From Cirrosporium novae-zelandiae (lineage: Eukaryota), in contig JAPETS010000001.1 in NCBI GenBank assembly GCA_026023565.1, positions 1,488,001-1,552,000 on the forward strand: DNA of 64,000 bases. The letters run 5' to 3'. Each line of letters opens with the position of its first letter. The stretch's first letter is position 1. The notes under the pieces were generated by a model that saw only the letters and a program-made list of their open reading frames with translations, was not told the DNA's origin and ran no database searches. The position numbers and the translations under genes are program-made. Positions 28,802 to 42,200 of the stretch are shown in pieces.

Positions 28802-31326
28802 TTTTAAATCACCGCAGCGAGAATAAATAACGCGATAATAAATATACGCCTATTAAAAACCCTATATTAAACAAAAATATAGAAAATATTTTTAGAAATA
28901 TTTAAAGATCTAAATAAATTAAATCTAATAAAAAAAATTTAGAAAAGATTTATTAATTATTCCGAAATACGGTAATCGTATAAATAATACCGGAGAAATA
29001 TTTTTAAAAACGGGTACGAATTAAATTTATATTAGGAAAATATATTATTTTAATTAAAATAAAATTCCCGTTTATAATATACGAAAAATAAAAAACCGAA
29101 AATTATTATTTAATAAAATATAAATTTTGATATATCCGATAATTTACGTTAGAAATAAATAAAATGTATTTAAAATACGTTTAATTAAAATATAAATTAT
29201 TTTTAGAATATAAAAATAAAATTTTTAAATATATTATATATACGGAAATATATAAAATATAAAATTATCGATATCGGATAATAAAATATAAATCCGTATA
29301 TATGAGGGTTTATATATATATTTTATTAAAATATATAAATTATTTAGATCTTTATATAATTACGGATAAAAAATATTTAATTATTTAAAAAATAGAAACA
29401 GAATATATAAAAAAAAAATATTAAAAAAATATTATAAAATATAAAATAAAAATTTATTTTTAATAAAAATAAAATAATATTAATAAAAAATTTTAATATT
29501 TATAATTTAATATAAAAACCCGAATAAATTATTTATATAAACGACGCGCCTTTAATAACGTTTATAAAAAAATAGAATTTAATTATATAAAACGATACCG
29601 CCCAAAATATTTAATTTAAAAAAAAATCGATTTATTATTTAATAATTAATTTAATAATAATTAATTTTATTATAAAATTATTTTAAAAATAATTAATAAA
29701 TATTATAATCGATAATATAAATAATAAATTAAAAATTAATTTAAATTATATTTTTATTTAATTCGAATAAAAAAATTAACGTTTAAAAATAAATTAATTA
29801 ATCCCGAATTTCGATTTCCGATAAAAAAAATATTCGTTTAATAATTATCCGAAAAAATAATATAAAAAATATTATATATATAAAATACGAATAAAATTTT
29901 AGAATATAATAGAATTTAATTTAGAATATTCCGTATATTATATTCATAAAATTTTTATAAAATAATAAAAATAATCCGATATTATTTCTAATTAAAATAT
30001 TATTTGATATAATAAAAATATATTTAGGGAATATTATTATTTAAATCCGGAAAAACCAATAAAATATTAATTAAAAATTATAAAATAATAAATTTATTAT
30101 ATTATTTAAATAAAATAATCGAAAAAATTATAATTAATATATTAATAAATATATATAAAAATCTAAATAAATTATATAAAAATTAATTTAAATCGAAATA
30201 TAACCGAAATATAATCGATATATTTACGTATTTAATATATCGAATAAAAAAAAATTTATATTTTATTTATAAATATTAAAAAAACGTTTAATTATATATT
30301 ATAATTTAAATTAATATAATATTTAAAATAATTAAAAATCGATAAAAATATTATTAAATAAATAATTAATTTTATAATTTAATAAAACGTCGAATTAATA
30401 ATTGACGGAAAAATATAATCCCGAATCAATATAGAAATGGGGGTATTATAAAAATCACTTATATCCCTAATATTATTTCTAATATATTACAGCGGGTTAT
30501 TCGCAGCCGTAGAATAGACGGTTTTTAAAATTAAAACCTTATTATTCGTGAACGATATAAATTTCTCGATTATCTATATAAATAATAAATAAACCCGGAA
30601 AACTATTTAATAAATAATAAAAACGGCGGTCTAATAAAAAAAAATAAATAAATTAGAATTTGATATTTAAAAAATTAAAATTATAATTTTTTTTAGATTA
30701 CGTAAATATTAAATTTAAATAAATATTAAATTGAAAATTAGAATCGATAATTATTTAATTAAATATAAAAAAAAATTATATACGATAATTAAATATATAA
30801 TTAAGACCCAGACGTAGGTGTTGGGTAAAAGCTGGGCCCGTAGTAGGTACGCGGGGTGAGCGCATGCGTAAGCAAGGACTGAAAAAGTCGGAAATAGGTG
30901 CGAATAGGCCTATTTATAGGCTACGAACACCGAAATAGCGCTAAAAAACTATCCGGTTAAATAAGTCAGGTGATTCTAGGAAACCCAAAGAGGGGGAGAA
31001 ACTATATAGCCGAACCAGGGGGGTGACCCCCACCATTTTAGCTAAAAGTAAGCCCGAAAAGGGATACGAAAAGGCCTAAAAACCCCCGAGTAGAGTCCGT
31101 TATAGTTTCTAAGCGATATATAGATATAAAACAATGAATAATCATCATTATCAATATATAATTAAACCCGAAATTTAATTTTTACATTTATTACGTTTAA
31201 CAATTAATTAAAATCCGATATATAAAAAACGCAATTAAATATATATATTACCGAAACGGATTATTTACGGGATTTACGCGTTAAATAATCGTAACGATTA
31301 TAATATTAATTTATATATATAAATAT
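28802..31326 (+). mobile_element. Tad1-like LINE relic, copy G (internal fragment with deletions)
   Basis: Colinear with copy B ~5950-9310, with jumps near 29430 and 29810. RT relic at ~30545. Confidence 0.85.
30805..31152 (+). mobile_element. 348-bp 5'-truncated LINE 3' end nested in copy G
   Basis: Family 3' end with AATCATCATTATC tail. 13-bp TSD AATATATAATTAA at 30792-30804 and 31153-31165. Confidence 0.92.
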
Positions 31327-34300
31327 ATAATAATGATTATTTATTGTTTTATATCTATATATCATTTAGAAATTATGACGGACTTTATTTGGGGGGTTTT
31401 AGGCCCTTTTATATCCCTTTTCGGGCTTATTTTTAATTATGGTGGTGGGGGTTACTCCTCTGGTTCGGTTATATAGTTTCTTTTTTTTTTGGGTTTCCTA
31501 GAATTATCTGATTTATTTAATTGGATAATTTTTTAGCGCTATTTCGGTGTTTATAACCTATAAATAGGTTTATTCGTATCTATTTTCGATTTTTTCAGTT
31601 TTTATTTACGTATACGTTTATCCCGCGTTTCTATTATAGGCCCAGTTTTTATCTAATATTTATTTTTGGGTCGTTTTCCCCCCTATATCCGGGTTCTACC
31701 CACTCCTAATCCAGGTACGTCTCACGATTTTCCGTTTCGTATCTGGCCCAGTATTAGGGTTTCCCTATTTCCGTATCGCCTAAAAAATATACCTAATTTT
31801 TAAAAAATCTTCGGTTCTTTAATACGAATATTAGTTTTTTTATTTTTTTATTATTCCCTGTAATCGGGCTTTAACCGTTTTTTAGCGCGGGTATATTAAT
31901 ATTAAATAAAAAACGTTTTAATACGGAGTTTTATATTATTAATATTCTGGAATAATAATAATTTTCGTACGATATATATATTTTCCAGTAACGGCGTATT
32001 CCGTTTTTATTTAATAGAATTTATTTATTAATTTTTTAAACGCGTATTTTAATATCCGATTTTTTTTATATCTCGGATATATTTAATACGATTTATCGGG
32101 CGATTTTTTTATTTTTTAATTATATAATTGATTATATATTTTTATAATTTATTTTTTTATTATATTACGGATTATATAAATTAACGAAATTTTTTCGATT
32201 ATTTTATTATTTTTTAATACTGCGTTTATTTTAATCGTTTAATTTATTATTTCGTTTTTTAATATTTTATAATATTTTAAAATTTATTTAATAATAATTT
32301 TCGTTTTTTAATCGATTAAATATTTAATATATTCGTATATTTTTTATATAATTATTTGATTTTTTTTTAATTTTTTTTTTTCGATCCGTTTAATAGCTAT
32401 TTACGAATCAAATAATATTATTATTTTTTTTTTACGGATTTTATAATTATTTAAATATATTTTAATTATTATTTATAAAATTATTTACGTTTTTTAAAAT
32501 TCTATATCGAATATTTTTTTATTTTAATTTAAATAATATTTCCGTATTATTTATAAAAATTTTTCGATTATTTTCTAAATTATTCTTATTTTTATTTTAC
32601 GGTTTTTTAATTTAGATTTATTTAATTAATATATATTTTTTTAATTTTATATCAATGTTTCGGTAAAAATTTATTATTTTAGAAATATTATTATTTTTTT
32701 CGATTATTTAAATTTTTTCAATTTTAAAATTCGGATTTATTATTTTTTAGATTATTATTATAATTAAATATTAATTTAATATATTTTTTTTAATTTTTTA
32801 AATTTATTAGAAATTTTTTAACGATTATTTTTTTAATTAAATATTTATATTTTTTATTTTAAATATTATCGATAATATTAAATTTATTAAATTTTTTTCG
32901 ATTTTTTAAAAATACCGAAATCTATATTTTTTTATACGATATTTAATATTACGTTTATAAAATATATATAAATTTTTTATATAATTATTATTATTAAAAT
33001 TATTTTATAAATTTTTATTATTAATTTAATAAATTTATTTAATAATTTTTAAAATTCTATTTAATAATCGATTTATTTTTTTTATTAAATTTTATATCCG
33101 TATATATAGATTAATATTATAATTATTACGGTTATTTAATATATAAATTTTATAAATAATTTATTTCGGTAATATATATATTTAATTATATTTTCTGTAT
33201 ATTGGATTTTAATTAATTATTAAATATAATAAATTTAAAAATTAAATTTCGGGTTTAATTATATATTTAATTATCGTATATAATTTTTTTTATATTCGAT
33301 TAAATAATTATCGATTTTAATTTTTAATTTAATATTTATTTAAATTTAATATTTACGTAATCTAAAAAAATTATAATTTTAATTTTTTAAATATCGAATT
33401 TTAATTTATTTTTTTTTTTTTATTAGACCGCCGTTTTTATTATTTATTAAATAATTTTCTGGGTTTATTTATTATTTATATAAATAATCAAAAAATTTAT
33501 ATCGTCCACGAATAATAAGGTTTTAATTTTAAGGACCGTTTATTCTATAATTATGAATAGCCCGCTGCAATATATTAGCAATAATATTAGGGATATAAGT
33601 AATTTTTATAATATTCCCGTTTTTATATTAATTCGGGATTATATTTCTCCGTTGATTATTAATTCGATATTTTATTAAATTATAAAATTAATTATTTATT
33701 TAATAATATTTTTATCGATTTTTAATTATTTTAAATATTATATTAATTTAAATTATAATATATAATTAATTATTTTTTTAATATTTATAAATAAAATATA
33801 AATTATTTATTTTTAATTAAATTTTTTTTTTATTCGATATATTAAATACGTAAATATATCGATTATATTTTAATTATATTTCGATCTAAATTAATTTTTA
33901 TATAATTTATTTAGATTTTGTTACGGATGCCAAGCCACATACATGTGACCCTAGGTCACATGACCCACTGTATATAGATCCTCACCTTGCACCTTAGACC
34001 TAGCCTCCTCAGTCATCGAATACCACACCAGTTATATACCTAGATTGAGCCTCATAGAGCCCCATATCCTAGGCGTCGTAACAAGTGGTTGCATGACCCA
34101 CCCACGAAGCAATATTCCATCTATTGCTGCAGTATTTTCTGACAAATACTGTCTTTTGGACCTCACGTTTATTAGCATTTTGCTAAGAAACTTGAGTTTT
34201 ATGACCCCAGATTTTTTTTTGAACATCCTGTTCATGAGAATCTTCGCCTTTTCCCCTGCCAACCACGCGATACTGACCTCCGATTCATACAATCGATCTG

Positions 34301-34566
34301 AATCTTCTAACTAGGCAGTCCTGAGCTCACCTCTACTAGTATTTTCTTACTAGAAGTCAGGCTTCTCGAACAATTTGCGGAGAACGCATGTCCGATTGCT
34401 GAATTTTCTCCACCAAACTTGATTTCCCCACCAAGCTAATGCAATATCACAACCTGAATTCTGCATCTCATTCCTAGAATTCTTCATCTTCTCATTCATT
34501 TTCTACCTCATTTACTTTCAGGTATTCGAACCTCAGGTTTCCTAGTATTCTACTAGTTAGCTTGAG

Positions 34567-34670
34567 AGCCTTCCCACAAGCCTTCCCACAAGCCTTCCTA
34601 CAAGCCTTCCTACAAGCCTTCCTACAAGCCTTCCCGCGAGCCTTTCCGCAAGCCTTCCCGCAAGCCTTTC
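34567..34670 (+). repeat. 12-bp tandem repeat (AGCCTTCCYRCA, ~8.7 copies) in the LTR-element leader
   Basis: Directly visible: agccttcccaca agccttcccaca agccttcctaca ... Confidence 0.95.
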
Positions 34671-34689
34671 TCTCACCAAAACACTCAAT

Positions 34690-37170
34690 ATGAGTCAGCC
34701 TTCGAGTCAGGTCTCAGAGGACCTCCCTGCCTCCGATGCAGAAGGAACAGAAGGAAATACACATACAAATTTACAGCAGGATCCCTTCGATTTTGTTATA
34801 GAACTAGTTGGTCGGATAATTTTGCAAATAACTGAAAAATTAAATCAAATAAAAAACAATATAAATCAGCGTTTCACTGCAATAGAAACTGCAAATTCTA
34901 GAAATTCTCGAGACTCTAGATCTATTTCACCCGAACATCAATCGGCAGAGCTGCTGAACCATAAAATAAAGGAAAACCCTGTATTTCACCAGCTAAACTT
35001 GACTGGTTTTCCTACGCTTGAGCGTACAGTGAGGCAGAAGTCAGCCCCACTGACACGTGAAAACGCGGTTCCTGACTTTATTAAAACTGCTGCTGCTGCA
35101 AAACAGCCTATTCTCGAGCAACAAAAATCTGCGGCAACGCTGGGAATAATCCCCCAGAAATCGCTGGAACAGTCTAGAATACAATTTGTCGATACGCCCG
35201 AAACAGATATATTCTATAAACCTTTCTACCAAGCGGAACATCTGCATTCCCCACTCCGAGCTCAATATCAATAACGTCAGTCGACTGAACAGAATATCCC
35301 TCGATTTTATTCTGAATTTCAGTCTCCTGCAGCGGTACCACCAATCGAGCCTGCTTTTATTTACAATCTCGATCCACTTCCTCACCAAAATTGGGCTAGA
35401 ATTCGGTTTCCAGATACAATCAAGAACGCTACAGCTAGTACGAGTTATAACGTTATCCGCCAATTGACAGATCAGGTATATTATTTACAAAATAAATTTG
35501 TAAAGTTTCAACGACAGAGGCCTTGCGACCCTCCCCTTTAGCACCCTGAGCACCCCCTACAACGTTCTAACCCCCCCCAAACTCCTAAAACCTTCGGTCC
35601 GATATTTAACCCAACTGTAATAGGACTTTTCTATCCTAACCTTCCTAATACAGTTAGTAAGGGAGATATCGTCTATAATAAAAAACAGACCCTCTATAAA
35701 GACGTGTATTTCTGGCTTCAAGCCGCAAGGCGCATGCTTCGTTTTTACCCTTATTAGGCGCCTTAATTAGATGCCTGTTTTCGAGGTGCAGCCTCGGCCT
35801 GGTTTCTAGCCCAGCCCCCTATTTATAGAAACGAATTAATGGCTGATTTTGAATTGCTTAATCGTATTCTTACCGAACGATTTAAGCTCACCGTTTCTGA
35901 AACTATAGAAAAATTGCAGGCTGAGAAATATTCTATAAAAGATTCTCGGTCACCAGACGAGTATCTTAGTGCGATATTACGATATTCTCGTCCAGCAGGC
36001 CAAGGTTACCCTTTGACGATTGCATAGAAAAATCTAGCTTGGAGCCTCAAGCAACACGTTCCCGTTCCTACCTCTGCAACTACCGAGCGTGAACTCAATG
36101 AGCAAATCAAACAAATACGGGAACTATTATTTTCTAGACCCCAATCACCTCCCCACTCGCAGAAGCTCCCCCCGCAAGATGACACTATATCCAAAACACT
36201 AGCAAATAAACGCATTGAAACTGGTTATCAGCGAGACTTATTAATTGGCCAAAAACGGGCTACTAGGCAATTGCAATACGGGCCTACCCCTTCCGCTAGC
36301 CCAAATCGTCAAGAACTCGTGCCTATAAATAGGCGCCTGGGTCCCCCTCCTTCTACTTTATTAGGCCCTAGTGGAAATAGAGCTTACCATACCTCGGTTC
36401 AATATTCCCCCGACGAAAAAGCTAACTAGGAGGTTCCGCAAGACCGCGATAAAGATATTCCCCTCGAGCCAAAATTTGGGATCTTTTTCAATAATTCAGC
36501 CTGGCCCGACGCTAATAAGAATATACCTGAATTTAGTTATAGAAACTGTCTGGAGCAGTATTTTGATAGTAAGCGCTTGAGAGACCATTACGCTTTCGTT
36601 CATGGAATAAACCCCCGTTCGCACGCATATAAAAAAGCCCTAATCTATACTATCGATATTCAGCCTCCTCCTTCTTTAGGATATATCACTATTTAAACTT
36701 TATTCCCCGACGGCATTTAGCGCACGGTATACCCTGATTCTGGAACTACAATATCGTTTATAAATCGTCGTTTAATCAACAACCTCGATTTAAAAAAACG
36801 ATATATCCGACCAATCAAAATCACCGGTATTAATCAACCTACGAATAATTTTGTTTACGTACGATTTCCTTTAATTATCGGTGGTCAAGAAATTATTATT
36901 CAAATATACGTTCTAGATACCCCGCTTGCACCCAATATATTCCTAGGATATGATTTTGCCGAGCTATATAGAATAGATATACTAACCTCCGTGAGACTAG
37001 TTAAATTGGAAACATTTGGAATTAAGATTCTATTTGAATACAGCCTATCTCAAAGCGCCAAAACTTCGGTGTATACGGCGAATCTACAGAGAGATACTTA
37101 CTACCGCGAATATAAGCCTCCCCCGCTTAAAATACCCCCTAAACCCGAGATATTGCGAGCTTTTCCCTAA
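34690..37170 (+). pseudogene. Gag - C2H2 finger - aspartic protease polyprotein of the LTR element (RIP stops)
   Basis: One frame from ATG 34690 with TAA/TAG stops explicable by RIP. Gag motifs IGLFYP..DIV..LYKDV, ACFRGAASAWF, ERFK..EKY. C2H2-spaced motif at 36538-36603. Protease PDSG (DSG at 36736-36744) and IFLGYDF (36937-36957). The 3' end is approximate. Confidence 0.85.
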
Positions 37171-39290
37171 AATAGGACTTCCGAGGAATAAACTGCTCGA
37201 TTCCTGACAATTTATAATATTTTTCTATAATATTCTAGCCTCGACCAATAAAATCGTCGGGATTAGAGTTTTTACCGTATACTAAAAATAACCTAAGAGC
37301 TTTGCTGGTCGATGAATTATTCGAATATATAATTAATTATTAGATTTTTTTGGATAAATTCTAGCGTTTCTTATATATACTTCTACTACTACTGGTTTTG
37401 TATGGGAGATAAAATACTTTGGAGGATATATGGCTTGTTTATTTGTTCTTATATACCACGAGGACGCGGTATCCCTTTTTTCGAGGGAGGGGCACCTGTT
37501 ACGGATGCCAAGCCACATATATATGACCCTAGGTCACATGACCCACTGTATATAGATCCTCACTTTGCACCTTAGACCTAGCCTCCTCAGTTATCGAATA
37601 CCACACCAGTTATACACCTAGATTGAGCCTTATAGAGCCCCATATCCTAGGCGTCGTAACAGATTTTTATATATATTTATTAATATATTAATTATAATTT
37701 TTTCGATTATTTTATTTAAATAATATAATAAATTTATTATTTTATAATTTTTAATTAATATTTTATTAATTTTTCCGGATTTAAATAATAATATCCTTTA
37801 GATATATTTCTATTATATCGGATAATATTTTAATCGGAAATAATATCGGATTATCCCCGTTATTCTATAAAAATCCTATTATTATAATATACAGAGCGCC
37901 CTAAATTAAATTCCGTTATATCCTGAAATTTTATTCGTATTTTATACGTATAACGTTTTCCGTATTATTTTTTCGAATAATTATTAAACGAATATTTTTT
38001 TTATCGGAAATTAAAATTCGGGGTTTTTTAAAAATAATAGAAAATTTTATTTTTATATAAAAATTTTTTTATTTTTAATTTTTATTATTATTTTTCCGTT
38101 TTTTATACGGAACGCCGGTATCGGATCTCAGTTTTAAAATTTATAATATTTTAATATTTTTTATTTCCGCTAAATATTTTCGGGATTTAAAAATTTATTT
38201 AAATCGTTTTTTTTTTATATATATTTAAAAAAAATTTATTTATTTATTTTTTTTTTTAATTCTAATTAATTTTATAAATTTTTTAAATATTATTTTAATT
38301 TTTTTATAAATTCGGCGTTTTTATTTCGTTTTTTTAAATATTATATAGTATTCGTATTTTTTAATAATATATTCGGGGTCCTATTAAATTTTCGATCAGG
38401 CGTATATCCGTTTAGATTTTATATATTTATTTAAAATAATTTTTAATTAAATAATAATTTTTTATATTTTATTTTTTAATTACGATTCTATATAATCTGC
38501 GGCTAATATATTTTTTATAATTATTTAAGATTTCTATTTTTATTTAATTTTAATTTATTATTAAAGGTTTTCTAACGATTTTAAATTTTATAAATTCGGG
38601 ATTAATTAATTTATTTTTAGCCGTTAATCTTTTTATTCGAATTAAATAAAAACGTAATCTAAATTAATTTTTAATTTATTATTTATATTATCGATTATAA
38701 TATTTATTAATTATTTTTAAAATAATTTTATAACGGGATTAATTATTATTAAATTAATTATTAAATAACGAATTAATTTTTTTCCGAATTAAATATTTTA
38801 GACGGTATCGTTTTATATAATTAAATCCTATTTTTTTATAAATATTATTAAAAACGCGTCGTTTATATAAATAATCCGTTCGGGTTTTTATATTAAATTA
38901 TAAATATTAAAATTTTTTATTAATATTATTTTATTTTTATTAAAAATAGATTTTTATTATCGATTTTATTTTTAAAAATATACGTTTTTTAATTTTTGAT
39001 TATAAATATTAATTATTTTAATTAGATTTTTTATTTTTTCGTTTATATTTATTTTATTAATATTTAGCGTTACGAAATAAAAATAATTAATTAAATCGGT
39101 TTTTACGATTATTTTAAATACGATATTTTTTCGATTTTTATATATAATAATAACCGTTTTTATAATTTTATTTTTTATTTAAATTTTTAATTCGGGTCAA
39201 TAAAAATTTTACGTTAAATATAATATTTTTTTTTTTAATTTTTAATTAGATTTTTATAATAATATTATATCCGTTCTAATTTATATAATT

Positions 39291-42200
39291 GATGATGATG
39301 ATTATTTATTGTTTTATATCTATATACCGCTTAGAAGCTATAACGGACTCTACTCGGGGGTTTTTAGACCCTTTCGTATCCCTTTTCGGGCTTATTTTTA
39401 GCTAAAGTGGTGGGGGTTACCCCCCTAATTCGGTTATATAGCTTCCCCCCTTCTTTAGATTTCCTAGAATTATTTAATTTATTTAACCGGATAATCTTTT
39501 AGCGCTATTTCGGTATTCGTAGCCTATAAATAGGCCTATTCGTATCTATTTTCGATTTTTTTTTCAATTCTTGCTCTCGTATACGCTTACCCCGCGTATC
39601 TATTACGGATCCCGCTCTTACCTAACACCTATTTCGTCCGGGTCCTTATCCCCCCCGTGTCCGGGTTCTACCCACCCCCAATCCAGGTACGCCTCACGAT
39701 TTTCCGTTTCGTGTCTGGCCCAGGACTGGGGTTTCCCCACCTCCGTATTGCTTAAAAAACGTATCTAATTTTTAAAAAATTTTCGATTCTTTAATACGAA
39801 TATTAGTTTTTCTTTTTCGGCTATACTAGACTACTGGCCCCCTTATTTTTCTATTATTCCCCGTAACCGGGCTTTAACCGTTTTCTAGCGCGGATATATT
39901 AATATTAAATAAGGAACGTTTTAATATAAAACCCCGTATTACTAATATTCCGGAATAATAATAATTTTCGTATAATATATATATTCCCCGGTAACGGCGT
40001 ACCCCGTTTTTATTTAATAAAGCCTATTTATCAATTTTTTAAACGCGTATTTTAATACCCGATCTTTTTTATATTTCGGGTATATTCGATACGGTTTATC
40101 GGGCGATTTTTTTATTTTTTAATTGCGCAGTTAATTATACGTTTTTATTATCCGTTTTTCCGTTATATTACGGATTATATAAACCAGCGAAATCTATTCA
40201 ATTATTTTATTATTTTTTAATATTATATTTATTTTAACCGTTTAATCTATTATTTCGTTTTTTAGTATCCCGTAATATTTTAAGATTTATTTAATAGCGA
40301 TTTTCGCCCTTTGATCTATTAGATATTTAATATATTCGTATATTTTTTATACGATCGTTTAATTTTTTTTTAATTCTTTTTTTTCGATCCGCCTAATAAC
40401 CGTTTACGAATCAAATAATATTACTATTTTTTTTCCGGGGATTTTATAATTATTCGGGTACGCTCTAGCCGCTATTTATAGGACTATTTATATTCTCTAA
40501 AATTTTATATTGAATATTTTTTTATTTTAATTTAAATAATATTTCCGTATCGTTTATAAGATTTTTTCGATTATTTTTTAGATTATTCCCGTTTTTATTT
40601 TACGGTTTTTTAATTTAAATCCGTCCGATTAATATATGTTTTTTTAATTCTACGTTAACGTTTCACTGAAAATTTATTATTTTAAAAATATTATTATTTT
40701 TTTCGGTTATTTAGATTTTTTCGATTTTAAAATTTAAATTTATTATTTTTTAAATTATTATTATAATTAAATATCAATTTAATATATTTTTTTTAATTTT
40801 TTAAATTTATTAAAAATTTTTTAACGATTATTTTTTTAATTAAACGTTTATATTTTTTATTTTAAACGTTATTAATAATATTAAATTCGTTAAATTTTTT
40901 TCGATTTTTTAAAAATACCGAAATCTATATTTTTTTTACGCGATATTTAGTATTACGTTTACGGAATATATATAGATTTTTTATATAACCGTTGCTATTA
41001 GGGTTATTTTATAGGTTTCTATTATTAATTTTATAAACCTATTCAGCAGTTTTTGAAATTCTGTTTGATACCCGATCTACCCCTTCTACCAGATCTCATA
41101 TCCGTATATATAGATTGATATTATCGTCGTTACGATTATCTGGCGCGTAAACCCCGTAAATAGCCCGTTTCGGTGATATATATATTTAATTACGTTTTCC
41201 GCGCGCCTGGCCTTAGTTAGGCGCTGGGCGTAGTAGATTTAGAAATTAAATTTCGGGTCTAGCTATATATTTAATCATTATATATAATTTTTTTTATATT
41301 CGATCGGGTGATTATCGATCCTAATTTTCGGTTTCGTATTTATTTAAATTTAGTGTTTACGTAATTTAAAAAATATTATAATTTTAATTTTTTAAACGTT
41401 AAATTTTAGTTTATTTTCTTTTTTTTATTGAACCGCCGTTTTCGTTATTTATTAAATAGTTTTCCGGATTTATTTATTATTTATATAGATGATCGAGAAA
41501 TTCACGTCGTCCACGAATAATAAAGTTTTGATCTCAGAAACCGCCTATTCTACGGCTGCGAATAGCCCGCTGCAATATATTAAAAATAATATTAGGGATA
41601 CGAATAATTTTTATAGTACCCCCGTTTCTATATTAATTCGGGGTTATATTTCTCCGTCGATTATTAATTCGATATTTCGTTGAATTATAAAATTAATTAT
41701 TTATTTAATAATATTTTTATCGATTTCTAATTATTTTAAACGTTATATTAATTTAAATTATAATATATAATTAAACGCTTTTTTTACGTTTATAAATAAA
41801 ATATAAATTATTTATTTTCGATTAAATTCTTTTTTTATTCGATATATTAAATACGTAAACGTATCGATTACGTTCCGGTTACGTTTCGATCTAAATTAGT
41901 TTTTATATAATTTATTTAAATTTTTATATATATTCGTTAACGTATTAATTATAATTTTTTCGATTATTTTATTTAAATAATATAATAGATTTATTATTTT
42001 ATAATTTTTAATTAATATTTTATTAGTTTTTTCGGGTTTAAATAATAATATTCTTTAAATATATTTTTATTACGTCGGGTGATATTTTAACCGGAAATAA
42101 TATCGGATTACCCCCGTTATTTTATAAAAATCCTATTATTATAATATACGGAGCGCCCTAAATTAGATTCCGTTATATTTTAAAATTTTATTCGTATTTT

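Larger units (their letters stand above)
33919..37661 (+). mobile_element. Non-autonomous Ty3/gypsy-type LTR element (gag + protease only), 3743 bp
   Basis: 165-bp LTRs at 33919-34083 and 37497-37661 (TGTTACG...CGTAACA; 6 differences, all transitions). 5-bp TSD GATTT at 33914-33918 and 37662-37666. PPT GAGGGAGGGG at 37483-37492. Confidence 0.95.

Noticed and set aside
1..33900. Mitochondrial insertion or AT-rich organism as the cause of the AT richness
   Set aside because: The sequence aligns to LINE copies differing by C>T/G>A transitions, and adjacent genes have normal GC with spliceosomal introns.
34567..34670. CRISPR-like array
   Set aside because: Contiguous 12-bp units with no spacers, in a eukaryotic retroelement.
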